Below the pieces are notes generated by a model. The model did not search any database and was not told where the DNA came from. It was given only the letters and a program-made list of their open reading frames with translations. A program made the translations under genes and the position numbers. Positions 22,901-36,794 of a stretch of DNA of 36,794 nt are shown here, one piece after another. Numbering within the stretch: the first letter of the stretch is position 1; every line of letters starts with the position of its first letter. This stretch comes from Macrostomum lignano (taxonomy: Eukaryota). The stretch spans positions 387,671-424,464 of the forward strand of contig NIVC01000773.1 of assembly GCA_002269645.1 (NCBI GenBank), in the 5' to 3' direction.

Positions 22901-23177
22901 GCTGCTGGCGCGTCAGTCCAGCGGTCGTCGGTTGCTGCTGGCATCGCGACTGGTCAGCGGCGACGGCGGCGGCGGCACCTGCTGGGAGGTTCGCCTCAGC
23001 GCCCTGGACCTCGGCCGGGTGAGCCGGCTGGGTCGGGGTGCGACTACGTCGCCTTGTTGCAGACATCGGCGAAGCTGCCGGAGACTCGGCGGTTCCCGGT
23101 GGGGCGGGCGGTTCAAGCCGCCGCCGAGGACGAGGAGCTCGAACTGTTTGAAGCTGCGCGCTGAGCTGAACTTCTGA
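1..23177 (+). CDS. Multi-exon gene (5' end outside window): PLAT/LH2-repeat protein with FGF-like beta-trefoil region, LOXHD1/RP1-long-isoform-like; ~2,600 aa in window if all exons are included
   Basis: Repeated PLAT signature (Y-x-V-x-V-x-TG ... V/L-x-L-x-G-x-x-GDTG-x-R-x-L ... LG-x-L-x-K-L/V-x-L ... W-x-L-D-x-V ... F-x-C-x-RWL) across ~25 exons whose GT-AG boundaries join in phase, apart from two frame lesions. Family assignment from established knowledge; orthology not determinable by eye. Confidence 0.85.
110..1591. repeat. Minisatellite, 21-23 bp unit GAGTCACCGGTGTGAGTGTGTCA, ~1.5 kb
   Basis: Direct inspection; fills almost the whole first intron. Confidence 0.95.
1624..1796 (+). CDS. 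PLAT gene exon, GHWRVQIDT...LFLTVYGRQGCSGPLPL...DFE
   Basis: CCCCAG acceptor, GAG|GTAAAA donor; N-terminal half of a PLAT repeat. Not in the ORF track. Confidence 0.8.
1920..2064. repeat. Tandem repeat, 50-51 bp unit, ~3 copies
   Basis: GAATGAGTCATCG..CAGGTGTACATTAGGGACAGAGTTTATCG starts at 1920, 1971 and 2021. Confidence 0.9.
2181..2424 (+). CDS. PLAT gene exon, VHTGQIGEILKVRL...CKELPALG
   Basis: TCACAG acceptor phase 0, CCAG|GTCTGT donor phase 1; C-terminal half of a PLAT repeat. Confidence 0.85.
2520..2705 (-). mobile_element. tRNA-derived CORE-type SINE, degenerate
   Basis: On -: B-box GGTTCGATTC (2658-2649), then GTGTCCTTGAGCAAGACGCTTGACTCT...CAGTTCACCCAGCTATAAAATGGGT, resembling the CORE domain of MIR-like SINEs. 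Confidence 0.6.
3335..3375. repeat. (CTGT)n microsatellite, ~10 copies
   Basis: Direct inspection. Confidence 0.95.
3412..3581 (+). CDS. PLAT gene exon, ERYTLEVHTGDLYNAGTSAAVTVTLHGDLGDTGPREL
   Basis: Canonical PLAT N-half; TTGCAG acceptor, CAG|GTGCGG donor. Confidence 0.9.
3687..3844 (+). CDS. PLAT gene exon, VDKFSLEAVHLGRLTKLSVCHD...GWYLDKVAV...FLCYR
   Basis: Canonical PLAT C-half; phase 0 acceptor, phase 2 donor AG|GTGGGC. Confidence 0.9.
4033..4260. repeat. (GTAGA)n pentanucleotide microsatellite with variants
   Basis: Direct inspection. Confidence 0.95.
4290..4582 (+). CDS. PLAT gene exon, WLDSAEDDGRLARDL...WMFENNCTVQLYCPATGRPVRVNSD (end of PLAT, start of trefoil)
   Basis: TCCAG acceptor completes R-WL; T|GTGAGA donor phase 1. 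Confidence 0.8.
4615..4980. repeat. Minisatellite, 22 bp unit GGCATAGCAACCAGTTAGCAAC
   Basis: Direct inspection. Confidence 0.9.
5036..5142 (+). CDS. PLAT gene exon, FFTVLAKPDGSRMFRCLGAPKCYLGLSPNGLIKGQ (FGF-like trefoil strands)
   Basis: TTTCAG acceptor phase 1, CAG|GTAAGG donor phase 0; YL-x-L-x-x-x-G resembles the FGF YLAMxxxG strand. Confidence 0.8.
5815..5972. repeat. Near-perfect 16 bp AT-rich tandem TAATTATAACAAAATA, ~10 copies
   Basis: Direct inspection. Confidence 0.95.
5999..6448 (+). CDS. PLAT gene exon, GKSGAQCEFRL...LRMFESVLLPEQFLRLRDGEFDCL (trefoil repeat)
   Basis: AACCAG acceptor phase 0, 150 open codons, CTG|GTTGGT donor. Confidence 0.8.
6218..6231. promoter_or_regulatory. 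Consensus RFX X-box GTTACCATGGCAAC inside a coding exon
   Basis: Matches GTHNYY-AT-RRNAAC; function not shown. Confidence 0.35.
6449..6625. repeat. GTTGCTATGCT-based repeat starting at the splice donor
   Basis: Direct inspection; core is the reverse complement of the 4615-4980 array core. Confidence 0.9.
6658..6832 (+). CDS. PLAT gene exon, GTGDVSCHFKVE...VTLRSCSSGLWLGFEPDG...LYPEVLT
   Basis: TTTTCAG acceptor phase 0, T|GTGAGC donor phase 1. Confidence 0.8.
6853..7282. repeat. Minisatellite, 21 bp unit AGCTGAGTAGGGAGAGTCAAT, ~20 copies
   Basis: Direct inspection; source of the LTLPTQL antisense ORF. Confidence 0.95.
7298..8121. mobile_element. Probable solo LTR, 824 bp
   Basis: Begins TGT, ends ACA, flanked by identical CTGT (7294-7297 and 8122-8125), i.e. 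a 4-bp TSD; non-coding, compositionally distinct, with internal GATTGG boxes and short direct repeats. Confidence 0.55.
8175..8932 (+). CDS. PLAT gene exon: Pro-rich linker, divergent PLAT, then YQLRL...LELVGDLGDTGRR
   Basis: GCACAG acceptor phase 1; open for 252 codons; GAG|GTTTGT donor phase 0. Confidence 0.8.
8602..8615. promoter_or_regulatory. Consensus RFX X-box GTTGCTATGGAAAC inside a coding exon
   Basis: Matches GTHNYY-AT-RRNAAC; function not shown. Confidence 0.35.
8935..9666. repeat. GATTGGAATTTGGGAATCCCC-type minisatellite (~10-11 bp subunits, ~21 bp unit)
   Basis: Direct inspection; starts at the donor. Confidence 0.95.
9785..10001 (+). CDS. PLAT gene exon, VLEVQLSAVDLGQLRLC...AWNCDRL...FICCDWL
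   Basis: TGACAG acceptor phase 0, G|GTGAGG donor phase 1; PLAT C-half. Confidence 0.85.
10030..10335. repeat. Degenerate G/T-rich repeat (TTAGTTGGGATTTGGGG-like)
   Basis: Direct inspection. Confidence 0.75.
10712..11340. repeat. ~630 bp polypyrimidine/polypurine tract of (CT)n and C-runs
   Basis: Almost exclusively C/T on +. Confidence 0.95.
11352..11459 (+). CDS. Symmetric (phase 1-1) 108-nt exon, PQAPADPPADALVVSLTSRAIANARAELLYELTAS
   Basis: GCGCAG acceptor after a ~630-nt pyrimidine tract; CAG|GTCTGC donor; open in the frame set by 10001. Confidence 0.55.
11752..11796 (+). CDS. Symmetric 45-nt microexon, EPLTEDDDLEGIQED
   Basis: ACACAG acceptor, ATG|GTGAGC donor, phase 1-1. Confidence 0.6.
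11853..12020. repeat. Minisatellite, 17 bp unit TGTCACTGGCTGTCAAT, ~10 copies
   Basis: Direct inspection. Confidence 0.95.
12068..12130 (+). CDS. Symmetric 63-nt microexon, ARKLIDAITEQAAKRVEELHE
   Basis: TTGCAG acceptor, AAG|GTAGTA donor, phase 1-1. Confidence 0.6.
12353..12385 (+). CDS. Possible symmetric 33-nt microexon, ANNFMRSLTTG
   Basis: Strong acceptor TTTTCTGTAG; weaker donor A|GTAGGC; phase 1-1. Confidence 0.35.
12484..12552 (+). CDS. Symmetric 69-nt microexon, PQSLLSEIADTIAFKLEDLCWE
   Basis: Pyrimidine tract plus CCACAG acceptor, AAG|GTATGA donor, phase 1-1. Confidence 0.55.
13066..13095 (+). CDS. Symmetric 30-nt microexon, GNAVGSEKKS
   Basis: TTCATTCCAG acceptor, CTG|GTAAGT donor, phase 1-1. 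Confidence 0.6.
13224..13255 (+). CDS. Candidate alternative terminal exon, ERSGGQKNGF-stop
   Basis: Strong acceptor TTTTTCAACTCTTCCCCTTCAG, phase 1; TAA at 13253-13255, then AT-rich UTR-like sequence. Confidence 0.45.
13560..13598 (+). mobile_element. Possible Helitron 3' terminus
   Basis: GC hairpin GCGCAGA-ggaggt-TCTGCGC (13560-13579), then 14 nt, CTAG and T. 5' end not identified. Confidence 0.35.
14317..14634. mobile_element. MITE/foldback-like element: ~65 bp inverted repeats around a TTAGGG-rich core
   Basis: 14317-14380 is the reverse complement of 14569-14634 with few differences; core of GGGTTAGAGCTTGGGGTTA/TTAGGG units. No clear TSD. Confidence 0.75.
15053..15305 (+). CDS. PLAT gene exon with a 1-nt frame lesion, SNWQLTLSS...ISLVICGDRGES...IGELYKLRL // GDEWFVKE
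   Basis: CTACCAG acceptor phase 1, GAG|GTGAGT donor. Length 253 nt is one short of joining 15389 in frame. Missing from the ORF track. Confidence 0.8.
15389..15512 (+). CDS. PLAT gene exon, ITLEHLTPDFELLRCPVNRWFSRL...VHEV
   Basis: TTCACAG acceptor phase 0, AAG|GTAAAA donor phase 1. Confidence 0.8.
15580..15805. repeat. Minisatellite, ~24 bp unit GAATGGGGAATCCCACCTAA(A/C)TA(G/T)
   Basis: Direct inspection. Confidence 0.85.
15883..16478 (+). CDS. PLAT gene exon, VVTYRVSIS...LGELNKIRV...WIFDLV...LFLALYGERGHT
   Basis: CTAAG acceptor (an in-frame TAA upstream fixes the boundary), CAG|GTTCGT donor phase 0. Confidence 0.85.
16558..16860. repeat. Minisatellite, 20 bp unit GAGAGTCTGGGCTAGCGTGA, ~15 copies
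   Basis: Direct inspection. Confidence 0.95.
16902..17516 (+). CDS. PLAT gene exon, SFNLRLSNVGKLTKVRL...YFVYIRPG...DVHGERGNTGRR...FPSGRWL
   Basis: TTTTCAG acceptor, 205 open codons, CAG|GTGAGA donor. Confidence 0.85.
17570..18425. repeat. Minisatellite, 29 bp unit GTCCATTGATCATTGGAATCTGAGCACCT, ~29 copies
   Basis: Direct inspection. Confidence 0.95.
18470..19291 (+). CDS. PLAT gene exon, VHLKSPE...VWVTCFGSKGSS...VRSVHLGWLTGVRF...WQFEE
   Basis: CTCTTCCAG acceptor, 274 open codons, GAG|GTAAGT donor. Confidence 0.85.
19466..19685. repeat. Minisatellite, 20 bp unit GGGGTCCTACTCAAGAGACA, ~11 copies
   Basis: Direct inspection. Confidence 0.95.
19772..20854 (+). CDS. PLAT gene exon, YRLALRLG...LTLHGSLGTSG...IGHEQRGGGQGVYLDSV...FRCQRWLD
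   Basis: TTGCCAG acceptor, 361 open codons, CAG|GTTTGA donor. Confidence 0.85.
20858..21310. repeat. GGGGATTTTCC/GGGGATTTCCGTT-based minisatellite
   Basis: Direct inspection; fills the intron from donor to acceptor. Confidence 0.9.
21344..22102 (+). CDS. PLAT gene exon, ASRGLRVRL...WRVRIES...VYKVRLGL...FAWRPRK
   Basis: CCCGCAG acceptor phase 0 (alternative AGs nearby), AAG|GTTTGC donor. Confidence 0.75.
22126..22400. repeat. Minisatellite, 18 bp unit GTCAGGGGGTCCAAAACT, decaying toward the 3' end
   Basis: Direct inspection. Confidence 0.9.
22677..23177 (+). CDS. Last PLAT gene exon, LTFQDLDT...VYLVRL...WLQLFG...LDLGRVSRL; stop at 23177 (direct) or 23164 (shifted frame)
   Basis: GCTTAG acceptor phase 0. 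The C-terminal frame is ambiguous (see findings). Confidence 0.7.
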   Translation: MTFQDLDTEASFESAVQLPEPASGLRPGNCLEIQADWPGALLLPAAVYLVRLVPLADDLPGPPTVWLQLFGEDVELLARQSSGRRLLLASRLVSGDGGGGTCWEVRLSALDLGRVSRLGRGATTSPCCRHRRSCRRLGGSRWGGRFKPPPRTRSSNCLKLRAELNF

Positions 23178-23256
23178 TCTAGCTACTTAATACGGTAATA
23201 CGATGCAGCACTTCAAGACTGCCAGAGTGTACATGCCTGATGGTTTGAGTTTGGGG

Positions 23257-23320
23257 CTGATGTACACCCTGTGTGAACTGATGTACACCCTGTGTGAGCT
23301 GATGTACACCCTGTGTGAGC
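23257..23320. repeat. 21 bp tandem CTGATGTACACCCTGTGTGA(A/G), 3 copies
   Basis: Direct inspection. Confidence 0.9.
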
Positions 23321-24372
23321 GTGTGTATAAGTGCGTGCCCTTCGTACAGTTAGTTTGTTAGAGGCAGGGGGACGTGTGCACCCTGGCGCACTTCAAGCGA
23401 CATTGTCACACAACCGGCGAGAGGCATTGCTGCCCACTCCGCCGACTCTCCTGAGCAGGCGCACAAGCGCGCGGATACGTACGCAGTCATACGCACAGGC
23501 ACACACTCACACAGGAGTGTACAGCGGCCCTAACTTTATTTATCGTTAGGCATGTACACTTCACTGCGCCTTGGGGGGTTGGCCCTCAAGCTGGGCGTTA
23601 ACTGCACGAGCAGAGCCAAGCCGAGATTCCAATTCAGGCCCAAATCAAATCTGACTGCACTTGGAATCGAGCCTGGGCCGCTGGCACATAAAAGCTGCAA
23701 TTATCATTGAAATCTCTTTTGCAAAGATGCTGAAATTCAAAGCGTCACAACATCATCTTACCACTATGAGTAGACGACACGAATGTTTATAATATTTTTA
23801 TATCAGCTGGCTTGAGTTAGTTCAGATAGGTTAAAAACCCGGGCTTGGCCTTCAATATCCTAATTTAACTAATTAATTACTACTGTTAGTAATGAGATTG
23901 GATCTGAGATGCTTTATATTGGTGTGCTTCTATTCCTATTTCATTTTTAAAGATTTTTATCTCAGCTTTTTTCCACTTTTTATTCTCCGGATTGAGTTTG
24001 TGATTTTTATTAATATTATAATATATCTTCTTATTCTATCTTGGCTACTACAGTGCATAAGCAGCCTTGGTCCCTAAGTCCCATGCACCCCATGACAGCT
24101 TTATCCTAAATGTTTATTTTTATCAATTCCAAATATTATTTTACACCTATATAAAATGCATGGTCGCGTGTTGACAACTTTTTTATTATCATATCTGTGA
24201 CAAGCAATATCCGTGAGTGCAAGAAATACATTGTGTGCACTATTTTTAGACGCTTAAGTCTCCTTGAAGTCTTATTTATTGATGTTTAACTCTTTTAAAA
24301 ATGATTCCATGGATTTCTGATAGCTTTATTTATTTAATAGTGGCTTGTGATGAGTCTTCACCACATTTTGTG

Positions 24373-24751
24373 CTCAAAGTGGCGCCCCTGATACCCAAAG
24401 TGGCGCCCCTGATACTCAACTTGGCGCCCCTGATACTCAAAGTGGCGCTTCGATACTCAAAGTGGCGCCCCTGATACTCAAAGTGGCGCCCCTGATACTC
24501 AAAGTGGCGCCCCTGATACTTAAAGTGGCGCCCCTGACATTCAAAGTGGCGCCCCTGATACTCAAAGTGGCGCCCCTGATACTCAAAGTGGCGCTTCGAT
24601 ACTCAAAGTGGCGCCCCTGATACTCAAAGTGGCCCCCTGATACTCAAAGTGGCGCCCCTGATACTCAAAGTGGCGCTTCGATACTCAAAGTGGCGCCCCT
24701 GATACTCAAAGTGGCCCCTGATACTCAAAGTGGCGTGATACTCAAAGTGGC
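24373..24751. repeat. Minisatellite, 21 bp unit CTCAAAGTGGCGCCCCTGATA, ~18 copies
   Basis: Direct inspection; intergenic. Confidence 0.95.
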
Positions 24752-24839
24752 AACTCAAGCAAGTTTTCTTCAACCGCTTTCAACCCAGCAAAAAAGCACA
24801 CGGCCAAAACTCTGTGCGGTCAGTTTGGCTTGTGAAAAA

Positions 24840-25050
24840 TGAGCTCATCGTATTAGTAAAAAATTGAATATTCCGTCAGCAGTGTATTATAATAAATTTG
24901 AAAAAGCGGGCGTTTTTCGAAAAATATCACAAATATTTGTTAATATTTGTCATGCAACAGCAGAAAGCGACTGGGACAGTGGCAGTATAAAAAAGAGAAA
25001 CAACGCTAAATTAAAAAAACTACTCCAACACTCTTTTTCTTTCGTTTGAG
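24840..25050 (+). mobile_element. Possible Tc1/mariner transposase N-terminal HTH remnant
   Basis: AHRISKKLNIPSAVYYNKFEKAG resembles the I-x-K-x-L-x-I-x-x-STV...KF...G first HTH; no TIR found. Confidence 0.25.
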
Positions 25051-25387
25051 ATGTAAAAAATCTATGAAAAAAGTAGCAAAATACGAAGCACAAAGTCACA
25101 TTTTGATTTTGTTTAACTGTTCTGTTATTTTTAAGCGTGTCGAAGAGCATTGAACAAAGTAAAAAGCGAATTTTATCAAGGTACGAAAAGTGTTGAATAA
25201 AAACATATTGATCAGTAAGCGAAAACTCAGTCAGAAAACACGCAAGGTGGAACGCTGATTTACAAAATAATCACCTTCGAGTAAAGTTGCAGATAGTTAA
25301 ATTTGACAAAAGTTGAGTAATTCACTTAAATTTAACCGTTTCTAGATGTGTCACTTGCGAAATATATATATTTGCTTGTCTGCTTAA

Positions 25388-25393
25388 TTTATT
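25388..25393 (-). terminator. Candidate polyadenylation signal (AATAAA on -) for the EFCAB6-like gene
   Basis: TTTATT on +, ~180 nt past the stop codon; position only. Confidence 0.35.
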
Positions 25394-25574
25394 CAGTAGT
25401 ATGATTAGCATTTTTCGCACTTTAGCATCCCCAACAACAGATCGATAATTTTCCATCTTCACTTTGAAAACCAACGAAAAACGCTAATTTAGCTACTGAT
25501 AGTAGAACAAACGCATTTTTCTAGTTAGCTTTGCCCAGTATATCAAGCAAAACAGAAGAAGATACAGCGATTCA

Positions 25575-34355
<8,781 letters not shown>

Positions 34356-36794
34356 CTGAAACACTGAGCATATTATTGCAGCATGTATCCTATAAACTGC
34401 ATGTAGCACGTCGGAAAATTAAACGAAATTAAAATATTTAAAGATCACTAGTTACATCAACTTCAAAACAGATTTTAGACTTAGCAACATAAGAAAACAT
34501 AAAAACAACTTAAACTTGGTTTATTTGTAATAAAAGCTGTAGTTTATTAAATTTGTGTAAGCAATTAGAGAATTTTGTTTCACTGATCTAGTTCTTTAGA
34601 ATTAGTGGCAGAAATTTAAAATTAATTTTCTTCTCGTTTTTTATTATTACTAATTAACTTGATCTGAACGTTTTTTCGCATTTGTGTTTCTAATTTGACA
34701 TTTTTCTCCATTCCTACTTCATTTCGCGGCAGTTTTTTGAAGCAAGTGTGCTTGTCAGCTTCTGAAGTGTGCTTCTTCTATTTGTATCTTGTACACTTTT
34801 GATTTTTTGGAAGTCTTAAGTCAAAATTTACTATATTTTAATCCCAGATTAAACTACTTTATTTTAGTATAACTGTCGAAGTGAGTTCTGTGATAATAGC
34901 CCTAGTATGAATAGGCCTAGGCCTTACCCCTTGTATCGTATGCTTGACTGACAATATTGGCATAACATCGGTTTGTTGCTCTATTTTTTTCTCTGAATTA
35001 TTCAGGCATTAATATTTTTGGTATTCTAAATTATTTTTTGGCATTTCCAAATTTGCAATATAGCAATCTGCTTTACTTTCTTGCTTCAAACTATTAAGGC
35101 CTACGCTGCCATTTTTGGACTGATAGTTTAAATACTCTGGAAAGTAATTTTCAGCAGGAAACCAAAGTTATGCCACAATATTCTGTTAATTTTTTATAGG
35201 GCCTATTTTAAATTTTGCAATGCCATTTATATTTTTAGTATTTATTTATTTTAGTATATCTAATTTAGTATTTTAATCAATAATATACAAGCTTATATTT
35301 GCATACTAAACTCATGTGCTTTCAATTAGGATAGGCCTAAATACCAATGCAATGGTTTGGGTCTTAACTAGGCCCTAATTTCTTGGCAATGGTTTTGATC
35401 ATTTATTTTAAATGAATTTATTTTTGTCGCCTAGGCCTATGGCCCTTCTTTGCCTTGGCTTTTGAGAAAAATAATTGAAAAAATAAGTTAGGTGAATTAT
35501 TTTCTTTTTATTTAACTCTTAAATATAATTTGTAAGATTTTTAAATTTTACAAGATAAATATATGCTAAGGGCATTTCCGCCAAATAGGGACACAAATTG
35601 TGTCCGAGTGTGCAAAGAAGAAGAAAAATGTTGAAAACAGGAAATCTAACTAGAATTTGTTATTAAATTTCTTTTTTTATCTTGTAGAAGCACAAGAAAT
35701 TTTCTGGTAACAATAAAAGTTGCCGATAAAAGTTATACTGATCTAAGAAGACGATTAATACCGTAGGAGAATAAAATTTTATATTGAGGCGTAATTGCTT
35801 GCTTATAATTAACTTTCTTTCAGTCAATAATTTTTTAATTGTTTCTTAATGCTTTTAATCAACTTTTTAATTCAGATTTTGTTATTTTGCGCATAAGTTC
35901 ATACAATATTTTTTAACTTTGTCAAAATGTTTTTTTCTGCGCGATATACCGAACGTAAATCTCTAATTTTACTTTTCAGTAACTAGCCGATCACCGTAAT
36001 TATTCAGAAGTTCCAGTGCAACTTTGCAAGCAGCAAGAAATGCATATGCTTCTACAATCTAGAGAAAGTTTTTCTGAAGCAATATTACAAATAAATGTGG
36101 GGAAAATTGATTTAATACTATGTAAATTACTATCTACATACTATAGTGCAAAATGTAAATTACATTTTTATTGATAAATAAACAAGAAATTAATGTGAAA
36201 CTGTTTTATTTTCCAGCTTTTATACCTAATGATAGTCTTGTAAGACTGATTTTGAGAAAAAAAACTAGCAAAAATAAAATAAAGGGTACAACATGAAAAT
36301 ACATCTCGTGTAAGTAGTGTGCTTACTACATTTAAATGTTAATATTTAAGGTATTTTGACAGATTACAGTTCAGCAGACCACTTTTTGTGAAGCTCTGTA
36401 TGTCGGCAATCCATAAATATATTGTTTTCAGCTGATAAAAAGCACTAAAAAAAATTATTGGGTACAACATGAGTACAATCTGTGGTTAAGATGTCACATC
36501 GAAAAAAAATCAATGTCTTAGAAAAATGTATTAAGCAAATTCTATTGCTAAAAAATATACTGATACATCATCGCAAAGATGTTTTCCTTCATTTAAGCTA
36601 AAAAACGTGAAGATTGAAAGCCTTATGAGTAAATGAGAGGGTACAACATGAGTACAAATGATGCAAAACTTACCGTTTTACTTTTTGGTTAGCAAGAAAA
36701 CTGATAAAAATCAATGACTTCTTGCAGGTTTTGTGACGAAAAGGAATGATTTTAACAAAGTTTAATGTGTTTTTTTCATGAAACAAAGAGAATT

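Noticed and set aside
110-24751. Tandem arrays and the spaced GCGTCGTACGC copies (7918-8028) as CRISPR arrays
   Set aside because: No constant-length unique spacers, no cas genes, spliceosomal-intron context.
34400-36794. Upstream exons or start codon of the EFCAB6-like gene, or a transposase gene
   Set aside because: Very AT-rich; only short interrupted Lys-rich frames; no convincing exon or TIR pair.

Overview
Eukaryotic (animal) genomic DNA, not prokaryotic. The GC-rich Ala/Pro/Gly-rich exons, introns filled with 15-30 bp minisatellites and kb-long (GACA)n tracts resemble the flatworm Macrostomum lignano; this is inferred from style only. The window holds two large convergent multi-exon genes, reconstructed by hand from GT-AG sites and intron-phase continuity. 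(1) On +, <1..~23177, 5'-incomplete: about 14-15 PLAT/LH2-like repeats (LOXHD1/RP1-long-isoform type), an FGF-like beta-trefoil region and a Pro-rich linker. Midway is a cluster of six symmetric phase-1 microexons, three with amphipathic AKAP-like helices, followed by a candidate alternative terminal exon (stop 13255). (2) On -, ~34355..25575: an EFCAB6-like protein of ~1,500 aa with ~13 EF-hand-pair modules. The two genes together carry six 1-2 nt frame disruptions, all within otherwise open reconstructed exons, most simply long-read consensus errors, or else a young decaying copy. Introns contain more than 20 distinct tandem arrays, a probable solo LTR, a CORE-SINE, two related foldback/MITE-like elements (one with a TTAGGG core), and complementary repeat pairs that flank exons. 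Most long ORFs in the supplied track are repeat or antisense artefacts.
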